A stretch of 60,717 bases of DNA, counting the filler, from Dugesia japonica (Eukaryota): the NCBI GenBank assembly GCA_001938525.1. It is 5 parts of 5 records of this genome, joined end to end, with 100 filler letters (N's around TTAATTAATTAA, not from the genome) between each part and the next. Parts side by side here need not be neighbours in the genome. Positions count along the whole stretch, not along the records: positions 1 to 14,092 come from MQRL01639019.1; 4 more parts are not named here. One strand, written 5' to 3'. How positions within the stretch are numbered: position 1 is the stretch's first letter; every line of letters begins with the position of its first letter. Position numbers and translations under genes: made by a program. Below the pieces are notes generated by a model, which saw nothing but the letters and a program-made list of their open reading frames with translations, was not told where the DNA came from and did not search any database. This document shows positions 1 through 13,734 of this stretch, piece by piece.

Positions 1-210
1 TATGAATTTTAAACTGATACGTTTTAATTCATGAATTTTAAGCTGTTAAATTTTAATTTATAATAATTTTAAGCGGTTAAAATTTGATTCATAGTAAACT
101 TTAAGCTGTTAAATTTTGATTCGTATTAATTTTAAACCGATAAAATTTGATTCATAATTATTTAAAGCTGTTAAATTTCGATTCATATTTAATTGCAAGC
201 TGATACGTAA
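1..210. repeat. Degenerate ~30-bp AT-rich tandem repeat (aattttaagctgttaaaatttgattcat-like)
   Basis: About 7 imperfect units visible; similar units recur at ~37770-37920. Confidence 0.65.
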
Positions 211-728
211 TCATACGCACACACATTATCTATTTTTATCGTCCCGCTAAATAAACGTAAAACTCATACACCACTAATCACATGCACACATAATCTGCAG
301 AGAAGGAGGATATTGTGGCCGTGCGCTAGTTTCTATCTACTCGCTGCTGTAGATTTCTTATTTTTTGTTTCTTGTTAAACTATTTTTTCTTACACATTAT
401 GATGTTTCAATGTACATTTAAAACCTTTGGATTTGTTTTTGATGGAATCATAAACGAATAAATTTCCAATAAGATTGGTTGATACCAAAAGAAACAAAGA
501 ATTCCAAAAAAATTATAAAAGTCACTATAAAAAGCAAAATATAATTATTAAAAAATTAATATTATTCTCATTTTATTATTTTTTTGAAAAATAATTTTCA
601 TTTAATTTTAAATTTTAACTTTTTTGTCAAGTATAACATACATACTTGAATGAATAAAATAACTAAAATTTGAAATTGAATATTCAATACTGGTAGTTCC
701 CCTTTTTATAATAATCTAATTTAATAGC

Positions 729-832
729 AGTTGAATATTTAAAAAAAGTGAATATTTTTTGTTATTTAAGATTCAGTAATATTTTGAACTTATTAAATAA
801 ACTTGCCATGGAAATTAAGACTTGATTTAACT
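729..832 (+). repeat. 5' LTR of Gypsy element 1
   Basis: Aligns with 4638-4751; last base overlaps the PBS. Confidence 0.88.
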
Positions 833-845
833 GGCGATCCAGCCC
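832..845 (+). promoter_or_regulatory. Primer binding site, probably tRNA-Arg(ACG)
   Basis: TGGCGATCCAGCC resembles the complement of invertebrate tRNA-Arg 3' ends (TGGCGATCCTGCC), recalled from memory. Confidence 0.6.
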
Positions 846-899
846 AGCTGAACCCAATTACTCGAAACAGGAAATCAAAGCAAAAAGAATTTATGAAGC

Positions 900-3800
900 T
901 TTGCCTAAAGAGCCTGGGGAATTATTAACCCCTAAAATTACGAAATTCTCTTGGAATTATGACGAGGACCCAGCAAAATGGTTAAATGAAATTTCAGTTT
1001 TTCAGAATCAAATAGTTTTATTTATTATCAACCTTTAATTCTTTATTAGACGGTGATGCAAAAGACCTGTGGCAAGCATTTAAAAGCCGGCNNNNNNNNN
1101 NNNNNNNNNNNNNNNNNNNNNNNNNNNNNNNNNNNNNNNNNNNNNNNNNNNNNNNNNNNNNNNNNNNNNAAGAATGTAGTGAAATTCGACAAAAATTAAG
1201 AAAACGGATTTAAAAGGTTCTAACTATTATAAACCTAGGAATAATGAAATTGAAAAAGCAATTCCAATTGTTGAAGAATTTAATGATTCCAAAAACAGTA
1301 CAGAAGGCCAATTTAGAAATATGCCAATAGTTTCCATGAAATTTATTGCAAGGAAATTGTACAATAGATTAAAAGGATTTCATCCACCAAAAGAAAAACA
1401 ATTGAAAAAAGGCTGATCTTTTTGCTGCGGTCTGATGGATCACATACTTAATAAATGTCCTCTTAAATCCTGCTGCCTTATTTTTGGTAAAACGGGTCAT
1501 AGTTTTAGAAACTGTCGATTACTTGGAAATCAGATATATCATAACAATAATTGTGTGAAATACATTTCAGAAGACGATGAGAATGTAGATTAAAGAAATA
1601 AAGATTTTAAAATGATCAATCATCATGTTAGTTATTTAAATGAAAGAAACTCAATTGTTTCAATTTCATCGGTGAAGTCAATACAATAAAAACTGAAAAT
1701 TGGAATTGTGATATGTATAAGAAGAATGATGGAAGAATTTAGAGTATGGTCAAAGTTAGAAGTATAATGTTCGAAATATTGTGGGATACAGGTGCTTCAA
1801 TATTAGTGATGCATACAAAGTTATGGAGAGAGNGTGGATCTTTTCCATTGGATAGATGCAATATTAAATTGAGTGATTCATTTTCAAAAGAAGCAGTGAA
1901 CTGTTCAGGAATTGGAAAAGTTGAAATATAATTTGGTAATGTGAAGAGAATTGTTTATATTGGGATTGTTGATGGAATAAATCCAGAATTTGTTGGTGGA
2001 ACTAATATGTTTAATGCATTCAATATTCAATTAAAAATGCTTAATATATTTGACTCAGAGAACATTAACAGCAATTTCACTGATATTGATCGTTTTTAGG
2101 CAGCTTTAGCAGCACGAAAGATAATGATTTAAAAGAAATGCTTCTAATTTTTTCAAATATATCTATGGAAGATACTTTTNNNNNNNNNNNNNNNNNNNNN
2201 NNNNNNNNNNNNNNNNNNNNNNNNNNNNNNNNNNNNNNNNNNNNNNNNNNNNNNNNNNNNNNNNNNNNNNNNNNNNNNNNNNNNNNNNNNNCAACTGATG
2301 GAAAGCGATATTATCAAAGATTGTAGAAGTGCTTGGAATTTTCCAATGGTAATTGTTGATAAAAAGAATTAGACGATCAGAATGTTTCAAGACTTTAGAA
2401 TGTTAAATGATTCTACCAAAAAGCTTTCATTCCCAATGCCAGATCCAAAACCTTATTTGATCACCTTTATGGTTATCAACTGCTCCAGCTACATTTTAGA
2501 AATTGATGCATACAATTTTCGATGGGATTTTATTTAAAGGTGTAATTGTATATATTGACTATATTTTAATATTTGAAAAAAGTCGATCAGAACATAATAA
2601 AATACTTGAAAATGTATTTCAAAACATTCATAACCCTGGTCTCAAAATCAATCCAAATAAATGTAAATTTTATCAAAGTGAATTGATATTTTTGGGCCAT
2701 ACAGTTAGCAAAGGCGGATTGAGGCCTAATTTCGAGAAAGGCTTAGAAATTGCAAAAGCAGAAATACCAAAATGCACTAAGCAATTACGTTCCTTTTTAG
2801 GCATGGCAAACTATAACAGGAAGTTTGTTAAAAATCTTTGGTTACTTGCAAAACCATATGCTGCAGCGGAAGGCCATAAACGAAAAATCCAATGGACTGT
2901 AGAGTGCAAAACTAGCTTTAATGAGATCAAACAAGCTTTATCTACTGCGCCATTATTAGGTTTTCCCGGATTCAAGCAACCAATTCATATTGAATACTGA
3001 TAGTAGCTTTAGTGAGATCAGTGCAGTATTGAGCCAAATTCAAAACGGTCGTGAAGTGTTAATTTTTTACGGCTCAAGACTACCAAATGCTCATGAAAAA
3101 GATTATTGTGTGACACGCAAATATTTGCTGGCGTTATATGAATTTATCAAACATTTTCGTTGTTATTTATATGAGAAAAAGTTTGTAGCACGAACTGATC
3201 ACAAGGCATTGGGATTTATTAAGCGTTCACATAAACCAATTACGCCACAATTTCAAACCTAGATAACCGAATTGGCAGATTATGATTTTGAACTTAAATA
3301 TAGGAAAGGTGAGCAGCACGCAATCGCAGATGGTATGCCACGTATTCTTTCAAGTTATTGTTCTCAATGTCAAATCGAACATGTAGATGCTAAAATCAAG
3401 ATGTCTAAAGTAAAATATTTGAGAGGTTTAGATGATTCTGTAGGCAATGTGGATAGCTATATTAACAGATTTAAGAGCTATGAATTGTTCATTAAAAAGA
3501 AAAAATACCTCTCTGGAGAAGACAAAGAGATTCTTAAAGATCTAAACGAATCAATTTACAGAAAGTACTTGAATAATTTATTGATAGAAGACGATTTGAT
3601 AAGCATTGAACATGATGGGGCTCGTAAGATTGCAGTACCACCTAATGAAATAAACGACATTGCTAATAAAGTACACAAAGATTTATGTCATGTTGGAATG
3701 AAGATAACTATAAAACATGTATCAGATTATTTCTTCTGGCCAAATATGATAAGAGATATTTAAAATATAATACAACAATGTCAATTTTGCATGAGCAAAA

Positions 3801-4619
3801 AAATAAGTAGGGAAAAGGTTCAAGAAAAATTTATTCCGCGCGAAGTAATTCTATGGAACAAATCGTTATGGATATAGTATATATGGATATTGGTCGATTA
3901 AATAAAAGATATATGATTGTTATCATCGATCAATTTAGTAAAATAATTAGTCTTACTCCAACAAACAATCAAAATAAAACCGCTGTAAAAGCACTCTACT
4001 AAACCAGTGGATTTATAAATTTGGAAAACCACAGAAAATCGTGTCAGACCGTGGTAAAGTATTTAAAGGGAAATTATTTCAAAATCTAGCTAGTAAGCTT
4101 AATATTTTATGAATCTTTACGTCTCCATATGAACATAAATCTAATGGATTAACTGAACGAGCAATCAGAACAGTTCGATACCTGATAGTGACTTCAATGA
4201 AAGCGGTAGAGGAGGACAAAGCTTGGGATGAGATTCTTTCTAGAGTAGAGTTTGCATTCAATTGTACTGTATCAAAGTCAGCGGGATTCTTATCAATAGA
4301 AATCATTTATCGGAGGAATATAAATATTCNNNNNNNNNNNNNNNNNAACTTTGGAGAGGATGAAATTATAAATAAAGCTTACGATAATATTAAACGAGCA
4401 TCGCAGACAATAATAAATCAAGGAAAAAACCTTGTTAGTCGCGAATTCGAAGTAGGTGAAGACGTGTTAGTAAGAAAAGACCCTCAGAAACGGAAGAAGA
4501 ATGATCTACTCTATGAAAGTTCATATAAAATTACTGAATTTCTAACACCTCACCAAGCACGGTTAGAAACTCCACAAAGTTCCAGATTTAGAAGAGATGA
4601 ATGGTTAAAGAGATGCTGA
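900..4619 (+). pseudogene. Disrupted gag-pol of Gypsy element 1
   Basis: Multiple frameshifts and stops; ORF pieces 1746 (protease), 2503 (RT), 2990 (RNase H), 3272 (integrase Zn finger), 4188 (integrase C-terminus). Confidence 0.9.
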
Positions 4620-4637
4620 TTCTAGAAAGAGGGGACA

Positions 4638-4751
4638 AGTTGAGTATTTAAGAAAACTGAATATTTGTTTAAATATTGTTTTTTAAGATACAGTAATATT
4701 TTGAACTTATTAAAGAAACTTGTTATGGAAATTAAGACTTTTGATTTAACT
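4638..4751 (+). repeat. 3' LTR of Gypsy element 1
   Basis: Follows the PPT; matches 729-832. Confidence 0.88.
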
Positions 4752-5712
4752 ATACCAAAAAAAATATTTCCGCAATTACAATATTTTTTCTTGGTGACAG
4801 TATTTTCTTTCAAATTTAGAAAAAATCATGAAAAAAGCTACTTACTAAAAAGTACTTTCTAAAATTCTTTTCCTTTAACGTCAAAAACGTTTTAATTTAA
4901 TTGGCTTTTGGAAAATAATTTAAAACGTACAGTAAAAAATGGAGAAATTTAAAGAATTTTTTTAGTTGAACCCGAACCGACAGAGTTCAGGATTCGGATT
5001 CGTGTTCGGTTCGCAGCTCTGATTAAAAGTTTAAAAGCTTTCAATAATTAACTAACGGAAATTTATATTCAAATTTTTTAAAAAGATTATAAGAATTCAT
5101 TGATTACACATTTTGCTATTACTCATCTCTGTTTTTCGTTGTTTCTTTTGCTTTTGTTCTATTTTTTTGTTATTTTATTTAATAAATTTTTATTGTTTAT
5201 GAGTGATATTTTGTTACCTACTAAATTTAAGTTATTTAAACTTTCAAATGATAGAATTTCATATAATTGTTTTCTTAAAGATTTTTATTGTTTGTCAAAA
5301 TTAATAAAGTTGTGCATAAGATCTAAATATTCACTGAACCATGATTTTGTAATACTCTGAAACTATTTCAACTTACATACTCACACAGAACTTCACCAAT
5401 TAATACTTTAATCATATATCTAACTATAATATTTACATTCGTGCAAAATGTAATTTGATCTGTGTTTTTAAAATTCTATGCTATAATCTAAAAAAAATTA
5501 TTAGTACAAGTATGAATTTCAATATTGCCACACCAATGTTTTCAAAAATATCGATATTCCATGGATTGTATATTTGTTATTTAGTAAATGAACATCAATT
5601 CCAATTGCAGATTTGAATAAAAAATAAGATGAATGACAGTTGGAAAATGTTCAAATGCTGAAAATGATAGTATACTTTTACAATTATTACGAGAATAATT
5701 GTTGGACTTAAC

Positions 5713-6031
5713 CAGGGTGGGCAGAACAAGAGCGAGGCTCTGTGTAAAGTTTCCTAGCGGGGCCTTGAAAGAAATTTCTTCCGAGAAATAATAAAAAAAT
5801 TGTCATAAGTAGAATAAAAAGTCGCTTTAGTTTTACTATGTACATATATTAATATTACACTAGAAAAACTTTTATTAATATGATTAATTATATGTATTAA
5901 ATTATTATAAAGTTATTTATGGTAATTGTTTTAAAAAATAAAAGACAAAAATACTTTAATAATAACATATTATTTAGAAACGGGAACGAAGCGGGGCCAT
6001 GTGTGGTTGCACTGGCCTCCGCCAGGTTCTG
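5713..6031. mobile_element. Non-autonomous hAT-type MITE
   Basis: CAGGG...TCTG ends with GC-rich termini; flanking 8-bp GACTTAAC/AACTTAAC near-duplication. Confidence 0.7.
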
Positions 6032-6449
6032 AACTTAACCATTGATCGTATTTGAGATTTCATTAAATTAAAGGCTTCAATCAAAATTACGTTTTTCTTT
6101 TTTATATTTTATTTTTTTAGTTCTTGATAGTATTTTGAATTTAACTTCGTCAGGAGTTGACTGTTTGCAAAAAAACACTATTTGGATAGAAGCTTTTAAT
6201 TTAATGAAATGATATACTGTATTAATAATTAAATAGTATCTCGGAGATATTTTATTTTGTGCGATTTATTTTATACACAAAAAAATGTATACACTTAACA
6301 TCAAAATTTTAAATTTCGTCAAAAATCATGATTCTCCTTCAAAAGGTGAATGCTAATTTCGTTATTATAATCATAGAAACAATGAAAAATGTTAGTTTTT
6401 AAAACAATGTGAATTACAAGTTTCTTTTGTGATTTATTTTTATTCAAAT

Positions 6450-8781
6450 TGTTATTGTAATTGAATGAAGAAACTTAGGTTTACTAAAATTTATCTAAAA
6501 TCTACACTAATTAATATTATTAAAACACATCACAATCCCCTTTCTTTTAAGAGTTAATCATATATTTGGGATTTGGCTTTCTCTCTCTCGTCGGATATCA
6601 CCTTTTGCATTGTTCTGAATTGTCTATAAGAACACGTTTTGCATCACTGTTGTTAACTGTCGAATATGTAGCACTAATGATTGATTGGTCAACAGTTTCT
6701 TTTTTATTTATGAATTCTCTCTTAAATCGTTTAACTTGGTGAANNNNNNNNNGAATTACTTTCATTCCATTATATAATTCTAAATTATAATTACTGAGGT
6801 ACTTGCTTATCATCCACGGCCCTGTATATCTTTTTTTAAATAACCTTCTCTCTTCTGTTTTACTATTACCCAATCTCCAATATTTAATGTAGTCTTCTGC
6901 TTAAGTTTCTTTTGGAATCTGTTTTCTCTGTTTTTCTACATTTGTAGTCAAAATATTTGGTTTCAAATGCATCTTTTCTGCAAAAAGAATTTCATAAGGT
7001 GAAACCTTCAATTTTTTGTTACTTGATGATCTCATTATTAGNTCAACAAAAGGAATTGTTTTAACCCACGATTGGTTATGTGACTTACAAGATGCATATA
7101 ATTTGACTTTGGCTGTTCTAAATACGCGTTCTATAAGCCCATTACCCTGATGATAATATGGTGCTGAAAATTATTGCTTTATTTGTAATTTATTACACAA
7201 TTCCTTCACTATTTCCGATTTAAATTGTGTTCCGTTATCGGAATGAATTATTCTTGGAATCTCAAAGTACGCTATCTATCTTTCAAATATCATTTCGGTA
7301 ACTGTTTTTGCAGAAATATCCTTCAATGATATTAACGGTATATATCTAGAAAAAACATCGATGATTCCTAAAATATATGAATATCCTCGGAATTCGGTAG
7401 CGACCCCGTTNNNNNNNNNNNNNNNNNNNNNNNNNNNNNNNNNNNNNNNNNNNNNCCCATTTTATTTCCCTGCTTCCTCTCAGCACATGGCATACAATTT
7501 GCCACAAATTTCTTCGTATCTTTTTCTATGTTTGTCCATTCATGATATCTCTTGATATTAGTCAAAATTTTTCTAGCGTTTGGATGGCCTAATCGACAGT
7601 GAAAATATTTTAAAATGTCATTGATTTTCTTTTCATTATACTCTTTATGGGCATCTTTTAATTCATTGATTTGTCGATAACCTTCATCATTTGAATCGCT
7701 CTTGCTGGAATTTGACATTTTGTCTAGTTTTTGGGTCGATATGTTTTATTTCACATTGTTCGCATTGGAATTCTCTGGAAAGTGCGTTTGTATGTAATTG
7801 TCTTTTTTCATGCTGAATTTCAAAATCATACATACTTAGTTCATCAATCCAGGAGCAGTACTGTGATGTATTTGGTCTTTTCCAATTCAACATTCATGTT
7901 AAACTTTTATGGTCTGTGCGAATAATAAATTTCTTCCTCAATAAATAATGCTTGTATTTCTTCACAAAGTAATAAACCGTCATGAGTTCTTTCCTGGTGA
8001 TACAATACATTTTTTCTGCCTTCGAAAACTTCTTAGATACATAACATATTACTTTTTCTTCATTATTTTGAATTTGACTTAAAACTGCTCCATTGCAAAG
8101 TGACTAGCATCTGTATCCAATACGAAAATATCATTCCTATTTGGGAACGATAAAATGGGTGCGCTTGTGAGTGCATGTTTCAGACTTTCGAAAGATTCCT
8201 TATGAAATTCTTCTCATGTTAAATCTATCTTTTATTAGTTTCTCGTTATGTTTGCATCTTTTAACAAATCTTCTAGAGGTTCAACAATTTTGGCATATCC
8301 CCAAATAAATCTTCTGTAATAATTGCCAAACCCCAGAAAACTTGATAATTTTTCATTTTTCCAATTCTTTACCGCATTAATTTTTTTAGGATCAGTTGTC
8401 ACTCCTTCACTTTATATTATGTAACCCAAATATTTTACTGAAGTTTTCATAATTTGATTTATTAGATTTAAACTCTGGAATTGATTGGAGTACAAAAAAT
8501 GCTTCTTCTTCTAAACTTTTCAATAACTTCTCCAAGCGTTGTATTGGATCCCCGATTTTTTGTTCTTCAGCAAATTTTTCGAATTTGGTAATTTGATTAG
8601 AACTATTTTCTCCAATTGTAAATTTCTTCGAAAACATCTCTTTTTCATTTAACCAGTCAATAAGTTCCTCAAGCAATGATCGTGACGCCATGTTATTGTA
8701 ATTGAATGAAGAAACTTGGGTTTACTAAAATTTATTTAAAATCTACACTAATTAATTAATATTGTTAAAACACATATCACA
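6450..8781 (-). mobile_element. Internally deleted Ty3/Gypsy LTR retrotransposon (2.3 kb)
   Basis: LTRs 6450-6534 and 8691-8781 (TG...CA); perfect CAAAT TSD; PBS TGGCGTCACG; PPT AAAAGAAAGGGGAT; gag N-terminus abuts RT C-terminus at ~8405; RNase H and integrase (HHCC, GPW-type tail) relics. Confidence 0.92.
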
Positions 8782-8844
8782 CAAATAATAGATTCCATTA
8801 AAGAAATATTTCATGAAATCGTAATTTAAATTAATATTTATTAG

Positions 8845-11800
8845 TCTCAATTTGTTTCTGATTGTGTACCGGATTTCATTTGGTGTCTAAAATTGTCTCA
8901 AATAGATTTTCTGACCATCAAACCAAATCAACTAATTAATCATTTCAGAAAAACTGGATCTTTTACAACCAAAGTAATTTATCATTTCATATTACAAATG
9001 GATATTGTTTGATTTAGATCGGTCTTATAAAAAGTTTCAATTATTTACGATGGTATGAAAAAAACCCCGATGAAGTTTTCCCCAGAAGTTATATTATTTC
9101 TAATGAAGATGAAAAGAAAGCATTTTTAAGTAAATATTTTTTTATAATAAATTAATGATTATTATTTAGATGATTATTATTTAACGGCTTGCCTAAGTTT
9201 AATACGATTAACAGCTGAAATTGAAGAAATATCAAAAAATGATGAAACTAAAGATAATACGGAAGTAGAAGTTCAAACTGATNTTAATAATTCTAAATAT
9301 CAATTTAAAAAAGGTAATTATTCTGTCTATGTTCATACGAGATTTGATAACTCATTTTATTTTGGTTACTTGACTTGTGGTTTCTGTGACTAGGTCGTTG
9401 AAAGTCTAAGTTTACAAATTATTTTGACTATTATTCAACAGATAGAATGTACATAGAACATTTATATGATTTAATATAATTGAATATATTACAAATATAA
9501 ATTATGAAGAAAACTATAAAATATACATGAGATTATTTTGTCTGGCCAAATATGATAAGAGATATACAAAATTTAATACGACAATGTCAATTTTGCATGC
9601 GCAAGAAAATAAGTAGGGAAAAGATTCAAAAGAAATTTATTCCGCGCAAAGTTAGTAATCTTTTGTAACAAATCGTTATGGATATAGCATATATTGGTCG
9701 ATATGATTATATTTTCTATAATTTTCATTTTTATTTCGAGCAATTTTCGTGCAATAAATATATTTTATTATCATAATTGTATTTGAGACTTTTAATTTAA
9801 TATTTTTTCTCTGTTTCCAATGTTCTCTTTCTTTTGATGTCCTATTTTTTGAGAACTTTCTTTTATAGAAATCACACATTTAATAAACTCTGATGATCTG
9901 TAAATAGGCTTTAATTGAAATTTTTAATTGATTCTTAAACTTTTCAGAATTAATAAATATTTNNNNNNNNNNNNNNNNNNNNNNNNNNNNNNNNNNNNNN
10001 NNNNNNNNNNNNTTAATAATTCTAAATATCAATTTAAAAAAGGTAATTATTCTGTCTATGTTCATACGAGATTTGATAACTCATTTTATTTTGGTTACTT
10101 GACTTGTGGTTTCTGTGACTAGGTCGTTGAAAGTCTAAGTTTACAAATTATTTTGACTATTATTCAACAGATAGAATGTACATAGAACATTTATATGATN
10201 TAATATAATTGAATATATTACAAATATAAATNATGAAGAAAACTATAAAATATACATGAGATTATTTTGTCTGGCCAAATATGATAAGAGATATACAAAA
10301 TNTAATACGACAATGTCAATTTTGCATGCGNAAGAAAATAAGTAGGGAAAAGATTCAAAAGAAATTTATTCCGCGCAAAGTTAGTAATCTTTTGTAACAA
10401 ATCGTTATGGATATAGCATATATTGGTCGATATGATTATATTTTCTATAATTTTCATTTTTATTTCGAGCAATTTTCGTGCAATAAATATTTTTTATTAT
10501 CATAATTGTATTTGAGACTTTTAATTTAATATTTTTTCTCTGTTTCCAAAGTTCTCTTTCTTTTGATGTCCTATTTTTTGAGAACTTTCTTTTATAGAAA
10601 TCACACATTTAATAAATTCTGATGATCTGTAAATAGGCTTTAANNNNNNNNNNNNNNNNNNNNNNNNNNNNNNNNNNNNNNNNNNNNNNNNNNNNNNNNN
10701 NNNNNNNNNNNNNNNNNNTATTCATGTATTTTATACTTTTAAGTTATGCCTGTTGTCCATTATAATAAAGATTCGATAGACTTTCGAAATATGATTGATC
10801 GCCGATACCCAGAAATGGCCATAAATTATTGCCAATTATATTTAAAAAATTTATCAAAAAAAGATTTGGATTCCAGAGATGTAATAGAAAATCTCTATTT
10901 AAATAAATAAATATTTTTCATTTCAGGTTATATTCTGTTCCAGTAAAAGATGGGAAGACTTTTTTACGAATTTCTGGAACGTAGCTTAGTAAGTTCTGTT
11001 GTTGAACTGAAAATATTTTATACAATATTGTGAAATAAATCAAATCACAGATATTATAAAATTAACATTTGAATTATTATATATTTCTATTATGTTAAAT
11101 TTTTCATATACAAAACAAAACTGAAAAATTGAATTAAAAATTAGAATAATTGAATTTTAATTATTGAAATTTAGTNNNNNNNNNNNNNNNNNNNNNNNNN
11201 NNNNNNNNNNNNNNNNNNNNNNNNNNNNNNNNNNNNNNNNNNNNNNNNNNNNNNNNNNNNNNNNNNNNNNNNNNNNNNNNNNNNNNNNNTTGAAATATTT
11301 TAAAGAGAGTTTTGAACCACAGATTATTATAAATAAGTTCTTTAAAAAGATGTTAATAAGTAAAACTGATTTATCACCAGGCATAAAATATATACAAAAT
11401 ATATAAAAATATATGTATAAGTAAAAATTAATTATAGGAGAAAGCATTTCTGTAATCATCTTCGGCAGAAATATTTTTATTTAGTTGTAAATTAATAAAT
11501 GGTGGTTTTTAATTTTTAACTTTAAATGAGCAGATCTTAATTTAAACAAATTTTATTAATGAAAATTAATTCAATTATAATAAACACAATTCTCTCAACA
11601 AGTCACGAGTTTATTTTTTCCAATGTAATAGAAATCGAGAGTTCTTAATGCAACAAAATTTTCCAAACAAATAATGACGGTTTTCCTGTCCAAGAACTTG
11701 TCGTAATGTTTGATAAAATAGTTATCAGTAGGCTAGAGGTCCGTTAAATATGCAGGGTGCAGTAAAGTTTTATTTGATTGAATCTTTGTAGCTTAGATTT

Positions 11801-13498
11801 TGTGACTAGTAACCGGTCGTTGTTGTGGAGAAGTAGTAGTTTTTTTCTGTTGACAAGGGTTGAATTCCTCAGCTTCAGTTTCTGGTTCATTTCCTCAATT
11901 TGATTACAATACGTTTTTGTCGTAATTGTTTCACCAGTATTCAAGAAGCTCTAATGAATCAGACTTGTATAAGACCACCAATTAATCACCTTAANATTCT
12001 GTTTGCGCAACATTGGCTTAGAAAAATATTTAGGAGCGTCATTTCGATTTAGCGATTATACAGAACGTCGACAGTTGTCGTACATTATCTACCTCGCGCA
12101 CGTCACAATTCGACCAAGTAATAGTTTACTTTTGTTGCGCAAAAGAAGTGCTGATGATATATTTAAACGATAATTTTTCTGATTCTTTGTCATTTCATTA
12201 GNNNNNNNNNNNNNNNNNNNNNNNNNNNNNNNNNNNNNNNNNNNNNNNNNNNNNNNNNNNNNNNNNNNNNNNNNNNNNNNNNNNNNNNNNNNTTTTTTTA
12301 TCTCTTGAATACTAATATTATTAAAAATAGGCACTTTTTTAATTTGTAGACCAAATAAAACAAAATTTTATTTAAAAAGTCCTCAAAAACAAAAATTCCA
12401 CAAATAGCCATTTAGGTACAAATTTTTACAGGAGTAAAACCATAATGAAATTAAATAAAAATTTTTTTATCAGTTTGAGATAAAATATTGAATAAACAAG
12501 ATTATCATTGATATAATTAAATTTTGTAATAATTAAACGAATAGATGAGTAAAAATTTATAAAACGATAAATAAGAAGTAACGAGTTGTAACTCATTAAA
12601 AAATGAAATTATACTTGTCGATTATGAAATGAAAATGACGAAATAGTTTTATTAAAAATTAATAAATATTTCCGGAAATACTGCCAAATATTTTTGTTTT
12701 TGAACACCGAAGGGATTAATTTACCAATGATATTTAACTTTTAAAGAGATAGATTCTGATTTTTTAAAATTTTAATAGTAATTACGTTTAATTTAAAGTA
12801 AAATTCTTTTTTAAATATTAAAATTTATTGATATGGGGCTGTCCATGAAGTACGTTACGCTCCGATGGTGTGTGGTCTAAGAAAGTGTGACAGTTCTTGA
12901 CACGGTGGAGGGAGGGTAAAAATCATATGTGACTTCACACATTTTAATTTTTTAATCATATTTATAAAACCTGAAATGAACAATGATGTTTAACTTTCTG
13001 TTGTGATGGACGTATTCTGACAGAATATGTCGCTTGCGTATAGTAATTATAAGGTTATATGAAATTTCTTTAGTTCTAGATTGTGACGTACTTTTAGGGT
13101 GTTAGGAATTTGTGACAGGTTGTGACAAGGAGGAAGNGAGAAGGTAAAAATTGTAAAAAAAATAGCGTGACATACTTTATGGATGGCNCTTATAATAGTA
13201 ACTTTTATGTGTAATANTTAACAATTAATAACAATTATTATTATTANCAATTAATTAANATAAATTAACNATTAATATATATTTCTATTATTATATATTT
13301 ATATGTGATATTAACAATACTATAAAGTAGGCTAATTTTCCTTTTGTAGTGAAGGCTATGGTATTCAATGCTCGGATAATATTCGCAATCAATGCAAAGA
13401 TTTATGCAAACAATTTGAGAAGATATACAGTCAATATAATTTAAATGGAACAAAAAATATATGGATAGTAAAACCAGGAGCTAAGTCGAGAGGCAGAG
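8845..13498 (+). CDS. TTLL3: TTLL3/TTLL8-type tubulin monoglycylase, internal exons only
   Basis: Exons 8845-8973 (LINHFRKTGSFTTK), 9018-9129 (IGL..LRWYEKNPDEVFPRSY..EKKAFL), 9170-~9312 (DYYLTACLSL), 10744-10880, 10927-10988 (WEDFFTNFWNVA), 13350-13498 (NIWIVKPGAKSRGRG); GT-AG introns with consistent phases; motifs match TTLL3/8. Confidence 0.9.
9284..10643. repeat. ~729-bp-offset tandem duplication across a gap, probably haplotype or assembly redundancy
   Basis: 9284-9922 is nearly identical to 10013-10643 with a few SNPs; separated by N runs. Confidence 0.8.
9504..9702 (+). mobile_element. Gypsy integrase Zn-finger fragment, same family as element 1 (second copy ~10233-10431)
   Basis: Clear nucleotide similarity to 3698-3898 (TGGCCAAATATGATAAGAGATAT...CAATGTCAATTTTGCATG). 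Confidence 0.85.
11575..12200 (-). mobile_element. Mariner transposase relic in a TTLL3 intron
   Basis: LLGRIVTC, GETITTKTYCNQ, LLLHNNDR motifs with stops. Confidence 0.82.
12835..13190. mobile_element. MITE, PIF/Harbinger-like
   Basis: ~27-bp TIRs GGGGCTGTCCATGAAGTACGTTACGCT / AGCGTGACATACTTTATGGATGGCNCT; 3-bp TAT direct repeat at flanks. Confidence 0.75.
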
Positions 13499-13734
13499 GT
13501 TAAAATTTTAAGTAGTTTTTAAATATCATTTGTTTAAATCTACGTATTTAAGTAAGTATAAACAATATATTGACTACGACATTCTGTCAAAATGAACTAA
13601 AATATTTTTCGTATTCCTCTATTTACTGAAAGCTTGGTACAAATTTGAGTTCTATCAAAGTAAGATTTTAGACTTAGTCACACTAAGATCAAGTTTATGT
13701 ATGATTAGTTTNTTTATATATATATATGAACTAT

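Larger units (their letters stand above)
729..4751 (+). mobile_element. Full-span but decayed Ty3/Gypsy LTR retrotransposon (~4.0 kb)
   Basis: LTRs 729-832 and 4638-4751, both AGTT...AACT; PBS TGGCGATCCAGCC at 832; PPT AGAAAGAGGGGAC at 4624; flanks ATAGC/ATACC (5-bp TSD, 1 mismatch); gag knuckles, protease LWDTGAS, RT YIDYIL, RNase H (DSS..ISAVL, RTDHKAL) and integrase fragments in Gypsy order. Confidence 0.92.

Noticed and set aside
4968-5021. GAACCCGAACCG...TTCGGTTCG imperfect palindrome
   Set aside because: Probably a single transposon-end remnant; no partner end or TSD found
9676-10608. Duplicated 67-aa basic ORFs
   Set aside because: Low-complexity antisense ORFs within an intronic, probably artefactual duplication
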